From: an uncultured bacterium
Lineage (GTDB): Bacteria > Krumholzibacteriota > Krumholzibacteriia > LZORAL124-64-63
Length of the DNA stretch: 64,000 bases
Assembly (NCBI GenBank): GCA_963727525.1
Contig: CAVSGO010000005.1
Coordinates: forward strand, 96,001-160,000
Reading direction: 5' to 3'
A program made the translations under genes and the position numbers. The notes under the pieces are model-generated. The model did no database searches. It had not been told where the DNA came from and worked only from the letters and a program-made list of their open reading frames with translations. Numbering within the stretch: position 1 is the first letter of the stretch; every line of letters starts with the position of its first letter. Shown here piece after piece: positions 10,228 through 19,390 of this stretch.

Positions 10228-10242
10228 GAAGGATCCTGGGGC

Positions 10243-11940
10243 ATGGCCACCGCCAAGGGCAAGACATCGTCGGCATCCGCGCGGAATCGCACGGCCGAGA
10301 CCCTCGCAGAGAAGCAACGCGAGATCTCGATCAGCGAGTTCTTCACCAAGAATCGCCATCTCCTGGGCTTCGACTCCCCTGCCAAGGCTCTCCTGACCAC
10401 GATCAAGGAAGCCGTGGACAACAGCCTCGACGCCTGCGAGGAGGCCGGCATCCCGCCACGCATCGTCGTGGAGATCCACCCCGTGGCCGACTCCTTCAAG
10501 GGGCTCGACCTGCCCAGCCTCGCCGGGTCCGATCCGGCCGACGCCGCCGGTGGCGGCCGCAACGGCAAGAATCGGCGCAACGCACCGCCGGCGCGCGAGG
10601 AGGAGTACCGCGTCATCATCGAGGACAACGGCCCGGGCATCGTGGCCGCCCAGGTGCCGCGGATCTTCGGCAAGCTCCTCTACGGATCCAAATTCCACTC
10701 GCTCAAGCAAAGCCGTGGGCAGCAGGGCATTGGCATCTCCGCGGCGGGGATGTACGGCCAGCTCACCACCGGCAAGCCCGTCGTCGTCTACAGCCGCACG
10801 GGCCCGAAGCAACCGGCGCACCGCTTCCAGCTCCTGCTGGACATGAAGCGCAACGAGCCGGTGGTGCTGAAGGACGAGGAGACGATCTGGGACGTCGACC
10901 ATGGCACGCGCGTGGAGATCCACCTCACGGGCAGCTACAAGCGAGGCCAGCACAGTGTCGACCGCTATCTCGAGCAGACGGCGATCGCCAATCCGCACCT
11001 CCACCTCACCTACGTCAACCCGAAGGACGAGAAGTCCGTCTACGCCAACGCCACCTCGGCACTGCCGGTGGAGGCGCGTGAGATCATGCCCCACCCGTAC
11101 GGCGTGGAGCTGGGAATGCTCGCGCGCATGCTCAAGGACACGGCGTGCCGCACGATGACGTCGTTCCTGCGCGACGAGTTCTGCCGCGTAGGACCCAAGA
11201 CCGCCGAACAGATCCTGCAGCTCGCCCAGATTCTCGATCGCAAGAATCCGCACAAGCTGGTTCAGGACGACGTGCAGAAACTCATGGCCGCGATCAACGA
11301 GACGCGCATTCCGGCCCCGCCCACCGATTGCCTCTCGCCCATCGGCGAGGAGCTCGTGATGGCGGGTCTCAAGCACGGCGTGCCGGCCGACTTCACCACC
11401 AGCGTCACGCGACCGCCCGCCGTGTACCGCGGCAATCCGTTCCAGGTGGAGGTCGGCCTGGCCTATGGTGGGCAGCTGCCAGGCGACGACCTCGCCGAGG
11501 TCCTGCGTTTCGCGAACCGGGTGCCTCTGCTCTACCAGAACTCCGCCTGCGCGATCACCAAGGCGGTGCTCACGAGCAACTGGCGCGCCTACGGTCTACA
11601 GCAGAGCAAGGGCGCCTTGCCCTCGGGGCCGCTCGTGATCCTGGTCCACATGGCCTCGGTGTGGGTACCGTTCACGAGCGAGAGCAAGGAAGCCGTGGCG
11701 CACTACCCGGAGATCCTCAAGGAGATCAAGCTGGCCCTGCAGGAAGCCGGCCGACAACTCCACCGCCACATCCGACGTCGGCAGCGCGAGAAGGAAGCAC
11801 ACCAGAAGCAGAGCTATATCCAGAAGTACATTCCTCACATCGGCGACGCCTTGCAGGAGATCCTGACGCTCAGCAGCGCCGAGAGAGACGAGATCATCGC
11901 CACGCTGACCGACACCCTGGAACGCAGCCGCAAGGTCTGA
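10243..11940 (+). CDS. top6B: DNA topoisomerase VI subunit B
   Basis: [34 protein letters not shown]...[12 protein letters not shown] (GHKL motifs); [20 protein letters not shown]. Confidence 0.95.
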   Translation: MATAKGKTSSASARNRTAETLAEKQREISISEFFTKNRHLLGFDSPAKALLTTIKEAVDNSLDACEEAGIPPRIVVEIHPVADSFKGLDLPSLAGSDPADAAGGGRNGKNRRNAPPAREEEYRVIIEDNGPGIVAAQVPRIFGKLLYGSKFHSLKQSRGQQGIGISAAGMYGQLTTGKPVVVYSRTGPKQPAHRFQLLLDMKRNEPVVLKDEETIWDVDHGTRVEIHLTGSYKRGQHSVDRYLEQTAIANPHLHLTYVNPKDEKSVYANATSALPVEAREIMPHPYGVELGMLARMLKDTACRTMTSFLRDEFCRVGPKTAEQILQLAQILDRKNPHKLVQDDVQKLMAAINETRIPAPPTDCLSPIGEELVMAGLKHGVPADFTTSVTRPPAVYRGNPFQVEVGLAYGGQLPGDDLAEVLRFANRVPLLYQNSACAITKAVLTSNWRAYGLQQSKGALPSGPLVILVHMASVWVPFTSESKEAVAHYPEILKEIKLALQEAGRQLHRHIRRRQREKEAHQKQSYIQKYIPHIGDALQEILTLSSAERDEIIATLTDTLERSRKV

Positions 11941-11976
11941 GCGGCGCGAGATCCGGGCGAACCTTGGAGGCTCATC

Positions 11977-13488
11977 ATGTCCAGCGCATACGAGAAATTT
12001 CAGGCGGCGGTGCAGACGATCCATCAGCTCGGAGGCGCCATGGCGTTGCTCGGCTGGGATCAGGAAGTCTGCCTACCGACGGCCGGGAGCCCCTCGCGCG
12101 CCGGGCATCGCATGGCCCTGGCCACGGTGATCCACGAGAAGATCGGCCAGCCGCGCCTCGGCGCGCTGATCGACCGGCTGCAGGACATGCCCCTCGACCC
12201 GGTCGCCGCCGCCAACGTGCGGGAGATGAAGCGCAGTCGCGACCGGGCGATCCGAATACCGGCCCGCCTCGTATCCGACCTGGCGCAGGCCACCTCCCTG
12301 GCCCATCGCGACTGGGTCGTCGCACGCGAGCGCAACGACTGGCGGCTCTTCGCCCCCCATCTGGCGCGGCTGGTGGAACTCAAGCGCCAGGAGGCCGAGG
12401 CCGTCGGTTATGTCGACGAGCCGTACGACGCCCTGCTCGACGAGTACGAACCGGGCGCCCGGGTCGCGCACCTGTTGCCGCTCTTCGACGAGTTGCGAGA
12501 GGCCCTACGCGCGCTGGTGGACGCGATAGGCGCCAGACCGCCACATACGAGCGTGATCCTGCAGGGCGACTTCCCGACCGCGCGCCAGCAGCACCTCGGC
12601 AGGCGCGTGCTCGCCGCCATGGGTTTCGATTTCCACACCGGACGACTCGACGAATCGGCCCATCCGTTCACCGAGGCCATGGGCATCGACGACGTACGCA
12701 TCACGAGCCGGTACCATGAGGGTGACCTCGGACCCGGCCTGTACGCCAATCTGCACGAGGGTGGTCACGCGCTGTACGAGCAGGGGCTGCCGCAGACGTG
12801 GCGCGAGCAGGCGGTAGGCCAGGCCGTGAGCCTGGGCATCCACGAGTCGCAGTCACGCCTGTGGGAGAATCACGTGGGGCGTAGCCGCGAGTTCTGCACG
12901 TGGCTGCTTCCGATGCTACGCGAGGACTTTCCCGACGCCTTCGCCGACGTGACGGGAGATGCGCTCTATCACGCCGCCAACGTCGTGGCGCCATCGCTCA
13001 TCCGGATCGAGGCCGACGAGGTCACCTACAACCTGCACATCATCCTGCGCCTGGAGATCGAGCGTGCCCTGGTGCGGGGCGAACTCGCGGCGGACGACGT
13101 GGCCGCCGTATGGCGCGAGCGCACGAGCAGCGACCTCGGCATCGCGCCGACCACGGATGCCGAGGGCGCCCTCCAGGATATCCACTGGAGCACCGGCAGC
13201 ATCGGGTACTTCCCCACTTACACGCTCGGCAACCTCTACGCAGCGCAGCTCTTCACCGCCGCGCGCCAGCAGATCCCCGACCTCGACGCGAGCGTGGCGC
13301 GCGGCGATTTCGGCCCCTTGCTGGGCTGGCTACGCCGGGAGATCCACGGCCGGGCCAGCCTGCTGATGGCCGGCGATCTCTGCCGCGAGGTGACGGGTGC
13401 CACGGTGAGCACCGAACCGTATCTGAGCTACCTGCGCGCGAAGTTCGGCGAGATCTACGACCTGCCGTCACCGGACGGCCGTGCATGA
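11977..13488 (+). CDS. Carboxypeptidase M32 (Taq-type)
   Basis: HPF, HEGGH, HESQSR, IRIEADE, QDIHW, GYFPTYTLG motifs. Confidence 0.95.
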   Translation: MSSAYEKFQAAVQTIHQLGGAMALLGWDQEVCLPTAGSPSRAGHRMALATVIHEKIGQPRLGALIDRLQDMPLDPVAAANVREMKRSRDRAIRIPARLVSDLAQATSLAHRDWVVARERNDWRLFAPHLARLVELKRQEAEAVGYVDEPYDALLDEYEPGARVAHLLPLFDELREALRALVDAIGARPPHTSVILQGDFPTARQQHLGRRVLAAMGFDFHTGRLDESAHPFTEAMGIDDVRITSRYHEGDLGPGLYANLHEGGHALYEQGLPQTWREQAVGQAVSLGIHESQSRLWENHVGRSREFCTWLLPMLREDFPDAFADVTGDALYHAANVVAPSLIRIEADEVTYNLHIILRLEIERALVRGELAADDVAAVWRERTSSDLGIAPTTDAEGALQDIHWSTGSIGYFPTYTLGNLYAAQLFTAARQQIPDLDASVARGDFGPLLGWLRREIHGRASLLMAGDLCREVTGATVSTEPYLSYLRAKFGEIYDLPSPDGRA

Positions 13489-14171
13489 GCGTACCTGGCG
13501 CGGCGATCGTCGAACGCGTGCTCGCCGACCATGAGCGGACGCTCGGCCATGAGCTGACGATCCTCGAGGCCGGCAGCGGTCGCTACCGCCACTTCGACTA
13601 TCCCGCGGGTTCGCGCATCACCGGGCTCGATATCTCGGCGGAGCAGCTCGCCGCCAACGACTACGCGCACGAGAAGATCGAGGGCGACATCCAGACCTGG
13701 CAGACCGATCGCCAGTGGGACGTCGTGATCAACATCTACGTGCTCGAACACGTGGAAGACCCGCGCCGCGCCCTGGCCAACCTCCTCGCCTGGACCCGCC
13801 CGGGTGGCTACCTCGTGGTCGCCGTACCCAATCTGTTCTCGCTCAAGGGCCTGGCGACGAAAGCCACGCCCTTCTGGTTCCACCACTGGTTCTACCGTCA
13901 CATCTATCGCCGGCCCTATGCGATCTTCCCCACCACGCTGAAGCTCGCCGTGGCGCCCCGCCATCTCCGACGTCAACTGGCCGGCACCCGCATCGTGTGC
14001 GAGCATTACACGCAGGAGCGCCTGTCGCCGAGGTTCCAGCCGCTCTACCGCGCGGCGATCGCCGTGCTGAAGCTCCTGAGCCTCGGGCGCTGGCGGCCCG
14101 AGGACGCGAACTACCTGCTGGTGGTCCGGCGCCACGACGCGGACACGCCCGCGACCCGAGAGGTGGACTGA
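13485..14171 (+). CDS. Class I SAM-dependent methyltransferase
   Basis: ILEAGSG, TGLDIS, VLEHVEDP, RPGG motifs; ATGA overlap with the M32 stop. Confidence 0.85.
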   Translation: MSVPGAAIVERVLADHERTLGHELTILEAGSGRYRHFDYPAGSRITGLDISAEQLAANDYAHEKIEGDIQTWQTDRQWDVVINIYVLEHVEDPRRALANLLAWTRPGGYLVVAVPNLFSLKGLATKATPFWFHHWFYRHIYRRPYAIFPTTLKLAVAPRHLRRQLAGTRIVCEHYTQERLSPRFQPLYRAAIAVLKLLSLGRWRPEDANYLLVVRRHDADTPATREVD

Positions 14172-14172
14172 G

Positions 14173-15516
14173 TTGCCCCCGAAGAAGAAAACGAAAGCGC
14201 CCCCCCGCGGCCGCAAACCGAGCCAGGCGAGCGGCGCGCGCAAGCCGTCGGAGCCACAGCAGGAGCTGCTCTTCGGCGCACCGCGCACGAGTGCCGGCGA
14301 CACGAGCGACAAGCCGTCCCGGGCGAGAACGAAGAAGACACCGGTGGCAAGAGCGACGCCGACGAGCGTCACGTCGAGAACGACGGCCGCGGACAGGGCC
14401 GACGCGGACACGACGGCCGGCAGGACGCCGTCGTTCAAGCCGGTGGCGCGGCGCATCCGCGGCCAGGCCGGCGTCATCCAGCAATCGATCCTCGCCGGCA
14501 ACAAGCCCAATCTCAAGTTCCCCCTGCGCTCGCTACAGAACGTGAGCTACGAGCCCCGCAGCGGTTACTTCAAGCTCCGCGGGCGGTTCAAGGAACGCAC
14601 GCTCACGGTCGCCACCGTCAAGACCTTCGCGCAGACGCTCAAGATGATGGCCCTGGCCAAGGAGCTGGTGGACACCGACGACATCGCCACCAAGCGAGAA
14701 GCCTATTACGTCTCTAAGAACTGGGCCGACGCGCGCTTCAAGGAACAACCCGAGAGCGACACGGTGATGGAGGACGTCGAGGCGCTCTTCGGCGTCAACC
14801 GCGAGCAGCTCGGCTTCGTGCCCGAGGAGAAGGGCGGCGACGTCGCCGGCAAGCTCGTCGTGGTCGACCGCGACCGCGACACCGGCGAACGTCTGGAGAT
14901 CGACTGCACCCGTTTCGGAAGCGGCGCCTACTCGGTGCCCGTCGCGGTCGAGGCGCTGGAGTTCGAAACCGACGCCACGTTCATCCTCTGCATCGAGACC
15001 GCCGGCATGTTCCAGCGCCTCGTGAAGCATAACTACTGGAAGCATGCCGATTGCATCCTGATCTCCATGGGTGGCGTGCCCACACGTGCGTGCCGGCGTT
15101 TCGTGCGGCGACTGGCCGACGACAAGGGTCTGCCCGTGTACGTCTTCGTCGACGGCGACCCCTATGGCTATTCGAATATCTACCGCACGCTCAAGGTGGG
15201 CAGCGGTAACGCGGCTCACCTGAACGAGTACTTCTGCGTCCCGCAGGCGCATCTGCTGGGCATCACGCCCCAGGACATCATCGAGTACGAGTTACCCACG
15301 CATCCGCTGAAGGAAGTTGACATCAAGCGTGCCAAGGACGCGCTGAAGAACGACCCCTTCATCCTGCATCACAAGCCATGGCAGGACGCGCTCCTGCAGA
15401 TGATCAAGATGGGCGTGCGCGCCGAGCAGCAGGCGCTGGCGAAACATGGACTCAACTACGTGATCGACGAATACCTGCCGCAGAAGCTGGCGCGCGTTTC
15501 GCGCTTCCTGCCCTAG
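14173..15516 (+). CDS. top6A: DNA topoisomerase VI subunit A (Spo11-like) with basic N-terminal extension
   Basis: ATKREAYY (catalytic Tyr region); TOPRIM CIETAGMF and VDGDPYG; AEQQAL; TTG start after GAGGTGG. Confidence 0.93.
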   Translation: MPPKKKTKAPPRGRKPSQASGARKPSEPQQELLFGAPRTSAGDTSDKPSRARTKKTPVARATPTSVTSRTTAADRADADTTAGRTPSFKPVARRIRGQAGVIQQSILAGNKPNLKFPLRSLQNVSYEPRSGYFKLRGRFKERTLTVATVKTFAQTLKMMALAKELVDTDDIATKREAYYVSKNWADARFKEQPESDTVMEDVEALFGVNREQLGFVPEEKGGDVAGKLVVVDRDRDTGERLEIDCTRFGSGAYSVPVAVEALEFETDATFILCIETAGMFQRLVKHNYWKHADCILISMGGVPTRACRRFVRRLADDKGLPVYVFVDGDPYGYSNIYRTLKVGSGNAAHLNEYFCVPQAHLLGITPQDIIEYELPTHPLKEVDIKRAKDALKNDPFILHHKPWQDALLQMIKMGVRAEQQALAKHGLNYVIDEYLPQKLARVSRFLP

Positions 15517-15541
15517 CCCGGACGATCCGGGCCACACACGA

Positions 15542-15571
15542 GAGCCGCGCGTCGATCGCGACGCGCGGCTC
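15542..15571. terminator. 13-bp hairpin between convergent genes
   Basis: GAGCCGCGCGTCG-ATCG-CGACGCGCGGCTC; no long U-tract. Confidence 0.5.
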
Positions 15572-15593
15572 CGCGGTTCCTGTCCCATGTGCT

Positions 15594-16394
15594 CTACTCG
15601 AACCGCGCCTTCACGTCGCTCCAGGTCGCGGGCTCGGCAGCCACGTTGGCCTCCGGCAGCATGATCACTTCACCGCTCGGCAAGGCCGCGTAGAGCCCGA
15701 ACGAGGCGAGCGTCTTGCCCGACAGGAAGCCCGAGGCAAACACGACCGCACCCGCCCCGCCGAAACCGGACAGGGGAGCCTCGTAGCTCGCCACGATGGT
15801 GCCGTTGTCGCCGGCCGGCGTCACGCGCAGCGTATAGTCGGCCGCCGGCACGCTGATGTAACCGGCGAATTCGCCGTAGCCGAGATCGGGCACGAGCACG
15901 CCTGCGCCATCAGCCAGGATGTCGACGGTGGGCGCGTCGGGCGCACCATGGTAGGCCAGGAGCGCCACCTGATCAGAAGGCGCCGACGTCGTGAGCGGCG
16001 TGAAGATCTTCAGCGTGAAGCTCGTGTCCCGGCCTTCCGGATTGGGGGGCAAGCTGGTGTCGAGCACGCCGCCCGCCATCACCACGTAGCGTTCGCCCGC
16101 GGTGAGGGTGACGGGAAATGCGGCGATGATATCGGCCGGCCCGCTGCTGTTGCCCGGCGCCACGCCGATCGACAGCTCCACGCCCGCGTCCAGCGGCAAG
16201 ACAGGGGTGGCGGCGCGGAACGCGAAATCGTCGATGGCCAGATTGTCGTCGATGTAGATGTCGACGACGGCCGCAGCCGGGTCCGGGGCGTTGTGGATGA
16301 CCTGGACGTCGGCCGTCTGGGCCGACGCCGTCGCCGCGAGTAGCAGCAGTGTGCTCGTCAATCCGATCAGGGAATGCACCATCGTGGTACGCAT
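15594..16394 (-). CDS. Secreted DUF4397-domain protein with short C-terminal tag
   Basis: Signal peptide; VQVIHNAPDP...VDIY and HGAPDAPTVDI repeats typical of DUF4397; ends NVAAEPATWSDVKARFE; GAGGAG RBS. Confidence 0.85.
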   Translation of the reverse strand: MRTTMVHSLIGLTSTLLLLAATASAQTADVQVIHNAPDPAAAVVDIYIDDNLAIDDFAFRAATPVLPLDAGVELSIGVAPGNSSGPADIIAAFPVTLTAGERYVVMAGGVLDTSLPPNPEGRDTSFTLKIFTPLTTSAPSDQVALLAYHGAPDAPTVDILADGAGVLVPDLGYGEFAGYISVPAADYTLRVTPAGDNGTIVASYEAPLSGFGGAGAVVFASGFLSGKTLASFGLYAALPSGEVIMLPEANVAAEPATWSDVKARFE

Positions 16395-16488
16395 GGAAGC
16401 CTCCTCGGCTTTGCGGACGGGACCGAGTCCCGGATGTTGTCCGTCTTGCACCCGGCGCTTCATGGCACCCGGCGCCTCTCTGCGAAAC

Positions 16489-16542
16489 ACGATAAGAAAA
16501 GTCCATCTAATGTCAATATTTTATCTAGACATATCTTGGACA
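16489..16542 (-). promoter_or_regulatory. Promoter of the DUF4397 gene overlapped by a CarH-type operator
   Basis: TTGACA-16 nt-TATCGT; minus-strand TAGATA/TTGACA/TGGACT at 11-bp period (16527, 16516, 16505); plus-strand TAGACA/TGGACA at 16526 and 16537. Confidence 0.7.
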
Positions 16543-16586
16543 TTATCACGCGGGCGCGGCAAGCCGGCCCGTGCGACCGGCGACGA

Positions 16587-17540
16587 TCAGGCTGCCAGGT
16601 TCTGGAGATGGCCCTTGAGACGATCGAGGTCGGTGGTCACGAGGATGGCGCTGGATCCCTGCAGATCCCGATAGGATTCCGCGGCACGCCCCCCCGCGAA
16701 GATCGGCAAGCCGGGGCCGAGGAGCTGCCCGAGTCGAACGATCTCCTGTGCCGTCCGGGCGTCATTGGCCGGAAACACGAGCGAGATGAGCACGGCACGG
16801 GCTCGCCGTGCCAGCGTCACGGCCGCGATCTCTTCACTAGGCACGTCGGGACCGAGATAAACCACCGACCATCCCTGCTCGGCCGCCACCGCCATGGCCA
16901 GCAGCAGCCCAAGTTCGTGACGGTGCCCGCTCGGCGTCGCGGCGACCACCACCGGGGCTTCGGTGCCGCTGACCGCGCGGCGGTGCATGTCCCACAGGAA
17001 CGCGCGCAGCACCGCCGACGCGAAGTGCTCGTGGGCCACCCGCCAGGTTCCGTCCTGCCAGCGCGCCCCGATCAGGGTCAGCAGAGGCACCACGACCTCG
17101 TCGCGCACGCGCGGGGGACTCATCGCCAGCGCCGCCTGCCCCAGGCTGCCGTTGAGACCGTCCTCGTCGAGTTCCTCGATTGCCTTGGCGCAGCGCACGA
17201 GATACGAGTCGCCCTCGGTCGACAGGCCATCGCTTCGCACGGCCAGGGGGTGGCGCGCTTCGAGCTGATCCTCCTGCGCAAGCGAGGTGAGTGCGGCGAT
17301 GTCGAGATCGGCGACGTCGCTGATCCGCCGTCCGCCATCCACGAGCAGCTTGAGCAGCCGCAGCTTCTCGATGTCGCGATCGGTATAGATTCGCCGCCCC
17401 GTGGCGGTGCGCCTCGGCACCACGGCATGGTAGCGCTTCTCCCAGGCGCGCAGAAGATCCTGCGTCAACCCGGTCCGGCGCGTCACCACGCTGATGGGGT
17501 GCCCTTGGCGGGGCTGCGGCGCATCGGGCGGCTGTGCCAT
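16587..17540 (-). CDS. carH: CarH/LitR-type MerR-family regulator with cobalamin-binding domain
   Basis: LRAWEKRY MerR motif; W-x9-EH (WQDGTWRVAHEH); B12-binding HRHELG and YLGPDVP. Start set at ATG 17540 from promoter geometry. Confidence 0.88.
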   Translation of the reverse strand: MAQPPDAPQPRQGHPISVVTRRTGLTQDLLRAWEKRYHAVVPRRTATGRRIYTDRDIEKLRLLKLLVDGGRRISDVADLDIAALTSLAQEDQLEARHPLAVRSDGLSTEGDSYLVRCAKAIEELDEDGLNGSLGQAALAMSPPRVRDEVVVPLLTLIGARWQDGTWRVAHEHFASAVLRAFLWDMHRRAVSGTEAPVVVAATPSGHRHELGLLLAMAVAAEQGWSVVYLGPDVPSEEIAAVTLARRARAVLISLVFPANDARTAQEIVRLGQLLGPGLPIFAGGRAAESYRDLQGSSAILVTTDLDRLKGHLQNLAA

Positions 17541-17546
17541 CGCACA

Positions 17547-17574
17547 AGCATATCGTTTGTCCATCTTTTGTCAA
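17547..17574 (-). promoter_or_regulatory. carH promoter with autoregulatory operator
   Basis: TTGACA-AAAGA-TGGACA-AACGA-TATGCT; 11-bp-spaced TnGACA repeats; ATG lies 6 nt after the -10. Confidence 0.7.
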
Positions 17575-17648
17575 TGTTGGAACCCGACGGGCGACCGTGG
17601 TACCTTCGCATCCGGAGCACCTGGCCACCCGAGCCGAAGGACGCAACC

Positions 17649-18308
17649 GTGCGCACCATCCTCGTCGTCGAACGCAAGCATCTCTTCCCCGGACTCAGCC
17701 CCCAGGGGTTCCTGCCGCCCGCGGTCGTGGACCTCGAGGCGATCGGCCCATACCTGTTCTTCGCCGAACGGTCGTACATGGAGCGCAACGCGCACTACAA
17801 GCAGATCATCCCGTATCTGGTCCTGACCCGGGGAGCCGCGGGCACCCGGAGGGTTCTCGCCTACCAGCGGCAGGTGAAGCACACCGAACAACGCCTCGGC
17901 GGCCTGTGGTCGGTGGGATTCGGCGGCCATATCGAACCTCTCGATCGTGGCCAGGCCACGGTCGCCACCGCCGGTCTCGTGTGCGCTGCCGCCCTGCGTG
18001 AACTTGCCGAGGAGACCGGTATCGACCGCACTCCGGACGCCATCTTGCCGCTGGGTTTCATCAACTCGGACAGTGAGGACGTCTCGAGCGTCCACTTCGG
18101 CGTCGTCTTCCAGGTTCCGCTCGACGATCTGCCGGGTGACGATGGGGATGTCATGACCCGCGTGAGCGCCCAGGCTGAACCCCACCAGGCGCGCTGGCTT
18201 CCCGGAGCGGCGTTGCCGGAATTGCTCGGTCCGGAATGCGGCCCCGACGGCGGCACGTTCGAGGACTGGTCGCGCATCGTGATCACCGGCAGCCCGCTCG
18301 GCCGCTAG
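17649..18308 (+). CDS. NUDIX-family phosphoesterase-like protein
   Basis: YKQIIPY, SVGFGGHIE, AALRELAEETG (Nudix box), VHFG; AAGGA RBS before GTG. Confidence 0.8.
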   Translation: MRTILVVERKHLFPGLSPQGFLPPAVVDLEAIGPYLFFAERSYMERNAHYKQIIPYLVLTRGAAGTRRVLAYQRQVKHTEQRLGGLWSVGFGGHIEPLDRGQATVATAGLVCAAALRELAEETGIDRTPDAILPLGFINSDSEDVSSVHFGVVFQVPLDDLPGDDGDVMTRVSAQAEPHQARWLPGAALPELLGPECGPDGGTFEDWSRIVITGSPLGR

Positions 18309-18430
18309 GCCACCGTGCCGGCACTTGGCTAGCCGGGGGAATCATAGTAGAGTCCCCGCGTTCACGTGACACGGGCGCGGCCGATCGGGTCGCGTCCGCT
18401 GAACCGGACCCGCACCCAGGGAGGCGGCGC

Positions 18431-19390
18431 ATGATTGAGAAGATTGCAGTGATCGGTGGCGGCAACATCGGTGGCGTTCTCATCTCGGAGATCGCGTCAC
18501 GCCGCCTGGCCCGCTGCGTGGGACTCGTGGACATCAAGCCACCCGAACTGGCCAAGGGCAAGTGCCTCGACATCGCCGAGGGCACGTCCGTGATCGGCCG
18601 CGACGTGGTGCTCGAGGGGTCGAAGTCGTACGACGTCCTCACCGGCGCCCAGTTCGTGATCAACACGGCGGGCGTCCCGCGCACCGTTCGCCCCGACGGC
18701 TCCTTCCCCAGCCGCGAGGAACTGCTGACCACCAACCTCAAGATCACCGACGCGGTGGCAGCCGGCATCAAGGAGTTCTGCCCCGGCGCGACGATCATCT
18801 CCATCGCCAATCCTCTCGACGCCATCGTCTACCGCCTCCACAAGAAGCTGCAGAAGCTCGTGCCGACGACCAGGCTCATGGGCATGGCCGGCGTGCTCGA
18901 CTCGGCGCGCTACAAGTACTTCGTGGCCGAGGCGGCCGGCGTGTCGGTGGAGAACGTGGAAGCGGTGGTGCTCGGCGGCCATGGCGACACGATGGTGCCC
19001 ATCCGCAGCGCGTGCCGTATCTACGGCCTGCCGGTCGAGGAGTTCGTCTCGGCGAAGAAGCTGGAGGCGATCGAGGTGCGCACCCGCAAGGCGGGCGGCG
19101 AGATCGTCGGCCTGCTCGGCAGCGGTTCGGCCTTCGTCTCGCCGGCGTGGTCGGCCCTGGAGATGGTCGAGGCCATCGCCTTCGACAAGAAGAAGATCGT
19201 GCCCGTCTGCGCGTATCTCAACGGCGAGTACGGCGTGAAGGGACTCTTCGTGGGCGTGCCGGCGATCCTGGGCAAGAACGGCATCGAGAAGATCATCAAG
19301 ATCAAGTTGACGCCCGAGGAGAAGGCGGCCCTGAAGAACTCGGTGAATGCGGTCAAGAAGACCTGCGCCGAGGTGGACAAGATGAAGTAG
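18431..19390 (+). CDS. mdh: LDH-like malate dehydrogenase with extended specificity loop
   Basis: GGGNIG, KGKCLDIAE, TAGVPR, NPLD, GVLDSAR, LGGHGDTMVP, GSAF motifs; GGAGG RBS. Confidence 0.85.
   Translation: MIEKIAVIGGGNIGGVLISEIASRRLARCVGLVDIKPPELAKGKCLDIAEGTSVIGRDVVLEGSKSYDVLTGAQFVINTAGVPRTVRPDGSFPSREELLTTNLKITDAVAAGIKEFCPGATIISIANPLDAIVYRLHKKLQKLVPTTRLMGMAGVLDSARYKYFVAEAAGVSVENVEAVVLGGHGDTMVPIRSACRIYGLPVEEFVSAKKLEAIEVRTRKAGGEIVGLLGSGSAFVSPAWSALEMVEAIAFDKKKIVPVCAYLNGEYGVKGLFVGVPAILGKNGIEKIIKIKLTPEEKAALKNSVNAVKKTCAEVDKMK

Noticed and set aside
18319-18333. GG-N10-GC sigma54-like box before mdh
   Set aside because: Weak match (CGGCAC...TAGC); an overlapping TTGGCT-17 nt-TAGAGT sigma70-like promoter explains the region equally well.
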